From assembly GCA_965215195.1 (NCBI GenBank), contig CBDCDC010000002.1, forward strand, positions 3,424,001 to 3,488,000: a stretch of DNA of 64,000 nucleotides. The letters are read 5' to 3'. The DNA is from Candidatus Latescibacterota bacterium. GTDB taxonomy: Bacteria > Latescibacterota > UBA2968 > UBA8231. Under the pieces are notes generated by a model. The model searched no databases, was not told the origin of the DNA, and saw only the letters and a list, made by a program, of their open reading frames with translations. The first letter of the stretch is position 1. Every line of letters begins with the position of its first letter. This document shows, piece after piece, positions 28,427 through 37,555 of this stretch. The position numbers were made by a program, and so were the translations under genes.

Positions 28427-30550
28427 ATGCTTAGGTCTTTGTCTTTCTTCGTCTGCACGGTCCTACTCACCGCTTTTCAGGTGAACGCCCGCACCGAATA
28501 CCATCTGGGCGGTGTGGACGACGCGTCCTGGCAGGACGCCCGCAGCCAAGCCGAAGTGGGTGCGTATCTGGTTTATGACGCCAACGGCGAGTTGCTCAAG
28601 AGCGTCGCTGTGGGCACAGCCCCGCAAGAGACGGGTGGAGACACCCTCGTCGATTTCTCCGACCTCTCTATCCGCCCCCGCTTCATCGATCCTTTCGAAA
28701 ATTTGGCCCTGACCGATCTAAGCGCCGCGGCGGACAAAGTCCCCCTGAACTTCACCGGGGGAGAGGTCAGCGTATCCTACGGCAATGGGACTTCGGCTTA
28801 CAATTGCCTCTTCGCCGGCAACAACGCCCCTCTCAACAAGCTCATGCTCGACGCCAATCCCGTATCCGCCCAGTTTCGCCCTTTTACGCAGGATCCCAAC
28901 AAAGCACCGGGCATTGGTCAAGGGAATCCCTTCCTCGATGTCATCATATTCGATTTCGGTGCCAATCTGCCGATCAACCGCATTCGCTTCTATCCGCGCC
29001 TCAGCCAAGAGGAGGACCGCCTGCTAATCGAAAATTTCGCCGAGCCCAAACCTGCCCTTGAGTCCTTTGGCGAAGACAGCTTCGCCGATAATTTTGTAGG
29101 CTGGTTCGATATCCGCGTGGGCGATGCTTCGCTGCCCTTCCAAGATGGCGCGTGCGGGCGTACGCCTAGCAGGCGCTGGATTAAAAAGAACGACCCCTTG
29201 CTGACCGTGCTGCACTCCACCCGCGAAAACCTCGACGCGGTGACGGATCTGCGCTTTAAGAGGCAGTCCATCCGCTTTCTCACCTTCCAAGCCTTTCCCT
29301 TGCGCAACTGGGAACTCGCCGAGTTTGAAATCTACGGCGAGGGCTTCGTCGAAGAGATGACCTACATTACCCAGATCTTGGACTTCGGCCGCCCGATTAG
29401 CTGGGGCCGGATCCGCTGGAGCGGCGAGTTGCCCGAGGGCGCACGGGCGGAGATCCGCACCCGCACCGGGCACACCCCCGATCCCAAACTCTACTTCGCT
29501 CCCAATAACAACGGCAATTTGGACCAAATTACTCTGAAGGAGTACTTAAAGATCGACGCGCTGTCCCGCCTGCCCACCAAGTTCGATACTGAAAATTGGA
29601 GTTTCTGGTCGCCACCTTACGATTTTGTGGCCGGCTTGCGCGACGAGACGTTGCCCGCCGAAACTTGGCAGGACGGTACACCCCTGCTCTCGCCAGGGCC
29701 CAGCCGTTACATCCAGATCTCCGTTAAATTTCTTTCTGCCCCCTTTGCCGCCCCTCGGCTGGATCAGCTCTCACTACAGTTGGGTGAGACACCTTCGGCC
29801 CAAGAAGTCGTCGGCGAGATTTGGCCCATCGAAGTGGACTCCTTCAGTCCTACCACCTTCACCTATGTGGTGCTGCCCTCCTTCTCGGCGGACAATATCG
29901 GCTTCGACCACCTAGAAATTCTTACTCACGCCCGGGTCGATACTATTGAGGCGGTCGTACTCGACGGAACCATAGTGGATCCCGATCTTTTCCCATACGA
30001 GATCCTCGATGACCGAATCGTAGTCGAATTTCCAGAAGTGAAGGGCGAAGAGGATAGCTTTAAGCAGCTCGAGGTGACCTTCAATGCGCCCGTGCTGCGC
30101 TTCGGTACCGAATTCAGTGGTTGGGTTTTCAACAGCGAGGATCCCGATCAGATCCGCCAGCAGGTCCAGCCTGGCAACGCCACCTTCCGCTTTTCCGGCG
30201 ATGTGCTCGCCGTAAAAACCCCGGTGGGCGGCAATTTGCTGGTCAGTGTGGAAGTTGGCCCCAATCCCTTTACGCCCAATGGCGACGGCCTCAACGAGAC
30301 GCTAACCATCGCCTACAGTTTGCGCGAGGTGGCAACGGATCGCCCGGTCTCCGTGCATATCTACAATCTAGCTGGGCAAATGGTGGCCCCATTGCCTCCA
30401 ACGCGGTCTCGCAGCGGGCAGTTTCGCCAAGAGTGGGACGGCACCGACGCCAACGGCCAGCGAGTCCCTCCGGGGCTTTACCTATACGAATTATCCCTCG
30501 ATGTCGAGCAAAAAGAAAGAAAAACGGGGGTCTTCGCAGTGGCGTATTAA
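28427..30550 (+). CDS. Secreted FlgD Ig-like domain protein (paralog)
   Basis: Signal peptide; NRIRFYPR, EFEIYGEGF, IRTRTG, WSFWSPPY, PNPFTPNGDGLNE, WDG..VPPGLY. Confidence 0.85.
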   Translation: MLRSLSFFVCTVLLTAFQVNARTEYHLGGVDDASWQDARSQAEVGAYLVYDANGELLKSVAVGTAPQETGGDTLVDFSDLSIRPRFIDPFENLALTDLSAAADKVPLNFTGGEVSVSYGNGTSAYNCLFAGNNAPLNKLMLDANPVSAQFRPFTQDPNKAPGIGQGNPFLDVIIFDFGANLPINRIRFYPRLSQEEDRLLIENFAEPKPALESFGEDSFADNFVGWFDIRVGDASLPFQDGACGRTPSRRWIKKNDPLLTVLHSTRENLDAVTDLRFKRQSIRFLTFQAFPLRNWELAEFEIYGEGFVEEMTYITQILDFGRPISWGRIRWSGELPEGARAEIRTRTGHTPDPKLYFAPNNNGNLDQITLKEYLKIDALSRLPTKFDTENWSFWSPPYDFVAGLRDETLPAETWQDGTPLLSPGPSRYIQISVKFLSAPFAAPRLDQLSLQLGETPSAQEVVGEIWPIEVDSFSPTTFTYVVLPSFSADNIGFDHLEILTHARVDTIEAVVLDGTIVDPDLFPYEILDDRIVVEFPEVKGEEDSFKQLEVTFNAPVLRFGTEFSGWVFNSEDPDQIRQQVQPGNATFRFSGDVLAVKTPVGGNLLVSVEVGPNPFTPNGDGLNETLTIAYSLREVATDRPVSVHIYNLAGQMVAPLPPTRSRSGQFRQEWDGTDANGQRVPPGLYLYELSLDVEQKERKTGVFAVAY

Positions 30551-30569
30551 ATCTGTACGCGTGATTTGT

Positions 30570-30598
30570 TTGACATTTTTTTGCGATTGTCGTAGGGT
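30570..30598 (+). promoter_or_regulatory. Putative sigma70 promoter
   Basis: TTGACA-N17-TAGGGT upstream of the 30756 gene. Confidence 0.45.
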
Positions 30599-30711
30599 AT
30601 AGTCAAATGCTGTCCCGCAGCCAAACTCTTCACATGCCGGTCGTTGAAAGGAGGTTTTTTCGACAGGCGATTTCTTCGCAACGTATCCCCCTACTCAAAT
30701 CTGGTCCCATG

Positions 30712-30735
30712 ACCGATATACCGATATACCGATAG
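30712..30735. repeat. 3 x 8-bp tandem repeat ACCGATA(T/G)
   Basis: Directly read; immediately before the GAGGAGG RBS. Confidence 0.8.
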
Positions 30736-30755
30736 CCTGAGGAGGTTTTCTCGAC

Positions 30756-31631
30756 ATGCAAAAAATCGCAAAGGGACTGATGGTCCTTCTAGTATCGGCT
30801 GGGCTCGCCAACGCCCACAACCCGCCGGGTGAGTTCTTCTTTCTCTTTCAGTTTCCCGATAGCGCTGTGCCGACCATAGATGGCGACCTTTCCGATTGGA
30901 ATATCGTTCCAGAAAGCTATGTGATCCGCAGCGACAAGCTCTACGACCCCGCTCAGTTCAATGAAGCGGGTCGCGGTGAGCTCGATCTCAGCGACTTCAA
31001 CCCGCTCCACGTCCTCGGTTGGAACGAAAATTTCAACAAGCTCTACTTCGCCAACCAAGTCTTTGACAACATCCATAATACCGACCGCGAAGATCCGGCC
31101 CGTCATTGGGACGACGACAACTGGGAGGTGGAAGTCAACCCGACCCACCTAGCTGCCGACGAGCAGAATCTCGCCGACGAGCCGGTGAATCGGATCGCCT
31201 ATAAATGGGTCGTGCCGCCGCTCGAAGGCGTCTATCAGTCGCTCGAACCCATCGGCAACCTAGCTTGGCTTTCGGACGGGGGCGACTTTACTTCGTTTGG
31301 TTGGTCCTTTGATGGCGACATGTTCGGCGAAAGTACCTATTACTACGAACTAGGTATTACGCCTATTGCCACGATTCCCCGGGAGGATGCCACGCCCGAC
31401 AATATCGAGATTTACGACCTCGAAGAGGACGATATCATCCACATCTCGATCAACAACGGCGATATTGACAACGCCAACGACTATCAGGGTTTTTGGGGCA
31501 CTACCCCAGAGAGCAGCAATATCGCGCTCAACGACTTTATCCTCACGCCGATCGAAGAGGGAATTGACTTTTCGGCGACGAGCGTCGAAGCAACCAGTTG
31601 GGGCCAGCTCAAGAGCAGCTTGGGCAAATAA
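30756..31631 (+). CDS. Secreted acidic CBM9/DOMON-like protein with C-terminal SWGQLK motif
   Basis: Signal peptide; PTIDGDLSDW; ends TSVEATSWGQLKSSLGK. Confidence 0.8.
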   Translation: MQKIAKGLMVLLVSAGLANAHNPPGEFFFLFQFPDSAVPTIDGDLSDWNIVPESYVIRSDKLYDPAQFNEAGRGELDLSDFNPLHVLGWNENFNKLYFANQVFDNIHNTDREDPARHWDDDNWEVEVNPTHLAADEQNLADEPVNRIAYKWVVPPLEGVYQSLEPIGNLAWLSDGGDFTSFGWSFDGDMFGESTYYYELGITPIATIPREDATPDNIEIYDLEEDDIIHISINNGDIDNANDYQGFWGTTPESSNIALNDFILTPIEEGIDFSATSVEATSWGQLKSSLGK

Positions 31632-31647
31632 ACCCATCTGCTAGCCC

Positions 31648-34617
31648 TTACTCACCTCCAAGCCCCCGTTTCGCTGCTGTCTGCGAAACGGGGGCTTTCT
31701 TTTGCGCGAACTTCTCGCGGGCTAAGCGCAACTGACTCGCCGCTCGGGGATAGCGAGGAGCCAGCCGCAGCACGGCCTCCCACTCGCGGATGGCTCCTGC
31801 GTACTGCCCTTGTGCGGCATACACCTGGGCCAGCGCGTCGCGGGCCTCGACCAAGGTAGAATCGACGTTCAGGACTGCTTTGAAGGCCTCCACTGCCTGC
31901 TGCAAATCGCCCTGATGGGCGTAGGCCATACCCAGTTTGGTCCGCACTGCCTGCAAATCCGGCTGCAACACCAGAGCCCGACGATAGGCGTCGATAGCCC
32001 GGTCATAGTCGCGGAGCTGGTGGTAGGCCTGGCCTAGATCGGCAAAGGGACCCACCAGATCCGGCTGTAGCTTGCATGCTCGTTCATAAGACGCAATCGC
32101 AGCTTCCAATTCGTCCTTGTAATACAGCGCAGCACCCAAGCCGTAATGAGATGGCGCATAGCTCGAATCAATGGCAATGACCTGATGAAAAACGGCGACC
32201 CCCTCCTCAATGCGTCCCTGTGCCACGTAGGCTTCGCCCAGCAGATGGCGAGATTCGATATCGCTTGGGAAGGCGGCTAGGTTCTCCAGATGGCACTGCA
32301 CTTTGTCTTGTACAGGCCGCAACTGCGCGAAAATTTGTCGCTGCCGCACGGCCGCCTGCTCCCTTCCCTGTCGCTCGTAGATACGGGCTAGATTCAAGTG
32401 TGGATGCGGCTGCCACGGTGCCTGGCGCACGGCGTGTTCGAAGGCTGAGATCGCCTCCGTCAGATTGTCGCTACGGAGCTGGGCTAGTCCCAGTCGGTTG
32501 TAGTTTTCCCACTCAGGGTCCAGTGCCACAGCGCACTCAAGGAGCTGAATGGCCCTGTCTTGGCGGTTGAGGTCCATATAGACCGCCCCCAAAAGCGGAT
32601 AAACCTGCGCCCACGACGAATCGCGGGCCACGACCTCTTCCAAAATCGCCGCGGCTTCCTCGGCTTGACCCAGCCCCGAATAGAGCGCAATACCCAAGGA
32701 GTAGTAGGCTTTGAGATCGTCCGGCTGCATGCGGATAGACGCTCTCAAGGCGTCAATCGCCTCCTCGTAGCGCCCCTGTCTGTACCGTTCGATTCCCGCT
32801 TTATAGTGGTCTGCGGCTGTCTGGTCGTCCCCCGCCGCGTAGCGGGGCAAAACCGGCCGGCTATCCATTGGGACTAGCTGCTCGTGTGCGACCCAGTCCT
32901 CGGCCGGCCCGACGTAACTGGAAATTATATCCTCTTTCCCTTCCTGTACCACCAAGTAGCACCGAGTCTCCGATCGATCCAATACCTGCACCCTACCACT
33001 AGGCCAACGAATCTCTACGCTTTCCACTTTCTCGGCAGCTCCCAACCCGAAGAGCACCCGGCTGTCGCTTTGCGACAAGTACCCGACTCCGCGCTGTACT
33101 TCCCGCATCTGCTGTCCATTATCCGCCAAGAGCACAACCCGCGTCCCCTGTGCATCGCGGTTGCTCTCAGTGCCCACCAGATCTAGCCCCAGCCAATTGC
33201 TGCGGCTCCCGCCGAAATTGTGAAAAAGAGTCGGCGCGTCGTTCAGGTTCATTACCAGCAGGTCCAGATCGCCGTCATTGTCGTAGTCGCCCAGCGCCCC
33301 GCCGCGACTGACCTTTTCTTGGGCAAAATCCGGCCCAACCATAGTTCCTATTTCGACAAACGTCCCATCCACATTCTGGTAGAGCAGGTTGCGCTGGGCG
33401 TAGCGCAGTCCCGAAGGATGCTGAGCAACTTGGGGGTAGATGTGACCGTTGACCGCGAAGAGGTCCAGCCAGCCATTGTTGTCGTAGTCAAAAAAGCCCG
33501 TGCTCCAGCCCAAGTAGGGCCGCACCTCACCGCCTAGCCCGGTCGCCGCCGTGAAATCGACAAAGTTACCGTCTCCTTGGTTCTGGTAGAGCGTGTTGAC
33601 GTCGTCCGAAAAGTGGGTCATGTACAGGTCCAGATCGCCATCGTTGTCGTAGTCGCCAGCCGCCGCGCCCATGCCGGCCTGCGCCCGTCCGTCCTCGCTG
33701 TAGGCCGCTCCGGCGAAGGCCGCCACTTCCTCCAGTTGCCAAGGCCCGTCGTTGCGATAGAGCAGGTTGGGGTAGCCATCGTTGGCCACGTAGATATCTT
33801 GGTCGCCATCGTTGTCGCCATCGAAGAAGACCACCCCCAAGGACGCCTGCTTGTCTGCGTCGATCCCCGTCGTCCGACTCATATCCGCAAAGCCGACCCC
33901 ACCCTCGTTGCGGTAAAGCACATTGGCTTGGGGGACCATGCCGTGCGGACCGCAATAGACGTCCAGCCCCTTGAAGCCACTACAGAGTCGACCACCGCCG
34001 GGCGGGTTTTCCAAGTCGAAGACCAAATAGTTGGCTGCGTATAGATCTAGAAATCCGTCTGCATCCACGTCGCCAAACACCGCGCTGGTTCCCCAACCGC
34101 TGTCCTCAACGCCCAGCTTGACCTCGGCAAACTTCCCCCCGTCGTTGCGATAGAGCACATTGGGACCCCAATAGGTGACGTACAGGTCCACATCCCCGTC
34201 GTTGTTGTAGTCCCCCACCGCGCACCCCATACCCCAACCCGTCCGCCGCAGGCCAGCCTCGTCGGTCTTGTCCTCGAAGACGCGCCCATTGGCTCCTTCG
34301 GTATTGCGGTAGAGCCGATTGGTGGGATTCGCTGACTCGGCCCCCACCCGCGTACTATTGACCATGAATAGATCGAGATATCCATCGCCATCGTAGTCGA
34401 AAAAGGCGGCACCCGACGACATTGATTCGAGAATATAGTGCTGCTCGGCACTACCGGAGACCTGGCGAAAATCGAGGCCAACGGCCTCGGTCACATCGAC
34501 GAATTGCACTCCGGCCGTCGCCATTTTGGTCTCTGCTTCTCGCTCGCACCCTACGCCCAACATCAGGCTTACAAGCCCAATGCCGGCGATCCATCCACGC
34601 ATCAGTCTCATTCCCAT
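31648..34617 (-). CDS. CRTAC1-like FG-GAP + ASPIC/UnbV lipoprotein with C-terminal TPRs
   Basis: Repeated DYDNDGDLD motifs, SNRDAQG..FGLG..IRWPSG, TPR tail; lipobox GVGC; start placed at MGMRLM. Confidence 0.9.
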   Translation of the reverse strand: MGMRLMRGWIAGIGLVSLMLGVGCEREAETKMATAGVQFVDVTEAVGLDFRQVSGSAEQHYILESMSSGAAFFDYDGDGYLDLFMVNSTRVGAESANPTNRLYRNTEGANGRVFEDKTDEAGLRRTGWGMGCAVGDYNNDGDVDLYVTYWGPNVLYRNDGGKFAEVKLGVEDSGWGTSAVFGDVDADGFLDLYAANYLVFDLENPPGGGRLCSGFKGLDVYCGPHGMVPQANVLYRNEGGVGFADMSRTTGIDADKQASLGVVFFDGDNDGDQDIYVANDGYPNLLYRNDGPWQLEEVAAFAGAAYSEDGRAQAGMGAAAGDYDNDGDLDLYMTHFSDDVNTLYQNQGDGNFVDFTAATGLGGEVRPYLGWSTGFFDYDNNGWLDLFAVNGHIYPQVAQHPSGLRYAQRNLLYQNVDGTFVEIGTMVGPDFAQEKVSRGGALGDYDNDGDLDLLVMNLNDAPTLFHNFGGSRSNWLGLDLVGTESNRDAQGTRVVLLADNGQQMREVQRGVGYLSQSDSRVLFGLGAAEKVESVEIRWPSGRVQVLDRSETRCYLVVQEGKEDIISSYVGPAEDWVAHEQLVPMDSRPVLPRYAAGDDQTAADHYKAGIERYRQGRYEEAIDALRASIRMQPDDLKAYYSLGIALYSGLGQAEEAAAILEEVVARDSSWAQVYPLLGAVYMDLNRQDRAIQLLECAVALDPEWENYNRLGLAQLRSDNLTEAISAFEHAVRQAPWQPHPHLNLARIYERQGREQAAVRQRQIFAQLRPVQDKVQCHLENLAAFPSDIESRHLLGEAYVAQGRIEEGVAVFHQVIAIDSSYAPSHYGLGAALYYKDELEAAIASYERACKLQPDLVGPFADLGQAYHQLRDYDRAIDAYRRALVLQPDLQAVRTKLGMAYAHQGDLQQAVEAFKAVLNVDSTLVEARDALAQVYAAQGQYAGAIREWEAVLRLAPRYPRAASQLRLAREKFAQKKAPVSQTAAKRGLGGE
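31660..31703 (+). terminator. Rho-independent terminator
   Basis: 15-bp perfect stem AAGCCCCCGTTTCGC / GCGAAACGGGGGCTT then TCTTTT. Confidence 0.8.
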
Positions 34618-34764
34618 AGCGGCTTCATAAGTCTTTGAGAAAGTTGCCCTGACCACTGCCCAAAATACGTGATAACGTGCAAAAATAAACCCATCGGCTG
34701 CCATTGAGGTTGACCGTATATTTTTTGAGAGAAAATAGGCATATACCCAAACGCCGAAGAATAG

Positions 34765-35161
34765 ATGGCAGCCATCCATCACATCCGCTTATCAGTTTTC
34801 GATCTAGGTACTGCGACGCGATTCTACTCGCCCTTGCTAGAAGAGCTTGGATTCCTAAGGTTGTCCCCGCGACTGACAGAGCAGGGCGCGGTCGACAGAT
34901 TGCGATTCGAGAAGGACGGTCCTGCTGATCGGCCATACGGTGGGCCGACACGAGAGGGAAAAGCTGGGACTGCACCATCTCGCCTTTTCCGTGAACTCAC
35001 GCGCAGAAGTCGAACGAATCTACAAAAAGGTGATCAAGAATCTAGAGAAGGTGAATGTCGAAGACCCGCCAATCAACTGTCCAGAGTACGGCGAGGGATA
35101 CTACGCGACTTTCTTCTTCGACCCCGACGGTATTAAGCTCGAAATAACCTACACTCCCTAG
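34765..35161 (+). pseudogene. VOC/glyoxalase family gene, frameshifted near 34920
   Basis: N-half IHHIRLSV.DL..ATRFY..LL..LGF in one frame; C-half GLHHLAF..YYATFFFDPDGIKLE in another. Confidence 0.8.
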
Positions 35162-35180
35162 TAAACCGGAAAACGGCAGT

Positions 35181-37424
35181 ATGTATCCCCACAACTACAC
35201 AAAACTCATGCGCGGTTCCCTATCTTTCCTTACCCTCAATCCCCTGTATCCGATCGTCCTGATCCTCATCCTCGCGCCAGCCCTCGCTCCACCGACCTTT
35301 GCCGACGTCCGCCTGCCCAAGATATTTGGCGATCACATGGTATTGCAGCGCGATAGCCCCCTGCCTATCTGGGGCTGGGCTGAACCTGGCGAGCAGGTCA
35401 TCGTCGAATTTCTCGGTCAAATCGACAGTACCAGTGCCAATGCACAGGGAGAGTGGAAGGTGGAACTGCTACCGGTCAAAGCCGGTGGTCCCCATGCGCT
35501 GACTGTGACAGGCACCAACAGCATTGAACTACAAAACGTGCTCGTCGGCGAAGTCTGGCTCTGTTCGGGGCAATCGAATATGGAAATGGGCGTCAGTCTC
35601 TGCCTCAACCCAGAAGCGGAGATCGCCGCAGCCAACTATCCACAAATCCGTCTCTTCCAGATTCCCAAAAAACTCAGTGCCGAACCACAAACGGACATTG
35701 AGGCCGATTGGACCCGCTGTACTCCGGAGACGATCGACAAGGGCGGCTGGGGTGGATTCTCAGCCGCCGCCTACTATTTTGGCCGCCACTTACAGCGCGA
35801 ACTCAACGTGCCCATCGGGCTGATTCAGGCCGCTTGGGGTGGCACCCGCATCGAACCCTGGATCCCACCCGCCGGTTTTGCCGCAGTACCTGCGGTACGC
35901 GATATCTACGAGCAACTACAATTGCAAAATCCACGCAGTGATCTGTACAAAAAGCGTTTAGGAGGCGTACTAGACGAAATCGAGGACTGGCTTAACGCCG
36001 CCCGGGCGGCGCGACAACGCGAAGAACCGGTACCGGAAATGCCGACCTATCCCCCCGAACTCCTGCCGCCAAACGACCCGCAGCGACCCGCAGTGCTCTA
36101 CAACGCCATGATCCACCCCCTCGTCCCCTTTGCATTGCGCGGCACCATCTGGTACCAAGGTGAGTCCAACCACACCGAGGGAATGCACTATACCGAGAAA
36201 ATGAAGGCACTCATCAAGGGTTGGCGCAGTCTTTGGATAGGTGATGAGTTTCCATTTTACTACGTGCAGATCGCCCCTTATTCCTACGGTGGCGAAGCCT
36301 CTGATGTCCTACCCAAATTCTGGGAAGCGCAAACGGCCGCACTGGGAATTCCCCACACTGGTATGGTCGTCATCCACGACGTTGGCGACCTCGATGATAT
36401 CCACCCCAAAAACAAGCAGGAAGTCGGGCGGCGCTTGGCACTGGTAGCGCTGGCCAAGACCTATAACCAAGAGGTGATCTATTCAGGTCCGCTCTACCGT
36501 TCGATGCAGATAAAAGGCGACAAAATTCACTTGCGTTTTGATCACGGCGGCCTAAAAACACGCAATGGCGCGGCACCAGATCACTTTGCGGTAATCGACC
36601 AAGAACGCGGCGGTTTCGTCAGGGCAAATGCCAAGATAGTAGGCGACGAGGTCGTAGTTTCGGCACCGGGTGTCGAACATCCCGTGGCAGTGCGTTTTGC
36701 CTGGCACAAGTTGGCCGAACCCAACCTAGTCAACGCCGCAGGTTTGCCCGCCACCCCATTCCGCGCTGGCGCCGTGCCCCAACGTGATCGGCTCGAAATG
36801 GAAGTGCCCGAAGCGGCAGACTATCGCCTCGTTTACGACCTCGATATGGCCAACCTCGGCGCGGATATACACTACGACGTCGACAATAGTGCTGCGATTA
36901 CCGAGTCTTTTGACCGCATCGCCTATTTTGTGGAATTGCAACATAGTGATGGCGAAACGCGCTTTCTCTACGTTTCACTGGATGCCTTTACCGATGATCT
37001 CAAAATGATCGGCGTACCCACCCTAGCTTCGGGGGCTCGCTTCCAACAACCCGTCACCCAGATGAACATTTGGTCCAACACGGGCGTACACAACGGCATT
37101 GGCCTGGCAGGAGGCCACATCGAATTCTGGCCCAACAACTACACCCCAGCCAACGCCGCGGCCGTGCCCAATGCCTCTCAGCATAGCTACGACTTTGGCG
37201 ACCAGCCCATAGATCCCGCCGATGGCTATGGCAGTATGCAGATACACAACGCCACTACAGAACAGACGCTATTTGCCATCAATCACTGGCGTCGGGGGGA
37301 ACGCGCCGATATCGGCATTGGCAATCGAGCTGATAAACACTCCGATTGGACTTTTGCCGGCAATGCACATAGCTACTCTGCCAAAAGACTGAGAATACTG
37401 GTGCGAAATCTCGATAGGCGATGA
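35181..37424 (+). CDS. Sialate O-acetylesterase (SASA) family protein with extra C-terminal domain
   Basis: FGDHMVLQR, GEVWLCSGQSNM, WYQGESN, DIHPKNK; start may be 35208. Confidence 0.9.
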   Translation: MYPHNYTKLMRGSLSFLTLNPLYPIVLILILAPALAPPTFADVRLPKIFGDHMVLQRDSPLPIWGWAEPGEQVIVEFLGQIDSTSANAQGEWKVELLPVKAGGPHALTVTGTNSIELQNVLVGEVWLCSGQSNMEMGVSLCLNPEAEIAAANYPQIRLFQIPKKLSAEPQTDIEADWTRCTPETIDKGGWGGFSAAAYYFGRHLQRELNVPIGLIQAAWGGTRIEPWIPPAGFAAVPAVRDIYEQLQLQNPRSDLYKKRLGGVLDEIEDWLNAARAARQREEPVPEMPTYPPELLPPNDPQRPAVLYNAMIHPLVPFALRGTIWYQGESNHTEGMHYTEKMKALIKGWRSLWIGDEFPFYYVQIAPYSYGGEASDVLPKFWEAQTAALGIPHTGMVVIHDVGDLDDIHPKNKQEVGRRLALVALAKTYNQEVIYSGPLYRSMQIKGDKIHLRFDHGGLKTRNGAAPDHFAVIDQERGGFVRANAKIVGDEVVVSAPGVEHPVAVRFAWHKLAEPNLVNAAGLPATPFRAGAVPQRDRLEMEVPEAADYRLVYDLDMANLGADIHYDVDNSAAITESFDRIAYFVELQHSDGETRFLYVSLDAFTDDLKMIGVPTLASGARFQQPVTQMNIWSNTGVHNGIGLAGGHIEFWPNNYTPANAAAVPNASQHSYDFGDQPIDPADGYGSMQIHNATTEQTLFAINHWRRGERADIGIGNRADKHSDWTFAGNAHSYSAKRLRILVRNLDRR

Positions 37425-37486
37425 CTCTCAAGCTTGAAGATGTCAGGAACTGAAATTTTCATACTGACGCACTATCGAGACAAGAC

Positions 37487-37514
37487 TTGACAAGGGGTGA
37501 TTTTCTATTATACT
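37487..37514 (+). promoter_or_regulatory. Near-consensus sigma70 promoter, now separated from its gene by an IS
   Basis: TTGACA-N16-TATACT. Confidence 0.55.
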
Positions 37515-37555
37515 GTTGCCGCCGTGGTCAGGATTTTGCCTTGACCACGCTACTA

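Noticed and set aside
37539-37549. 11-bp match (CCTTGACCACG) between the target flank and the IS subterminal region (38407-38417), suggesting guided targeting
   Set aside because: No equivalent match flanks copy 2; cannot be distinguished from chance
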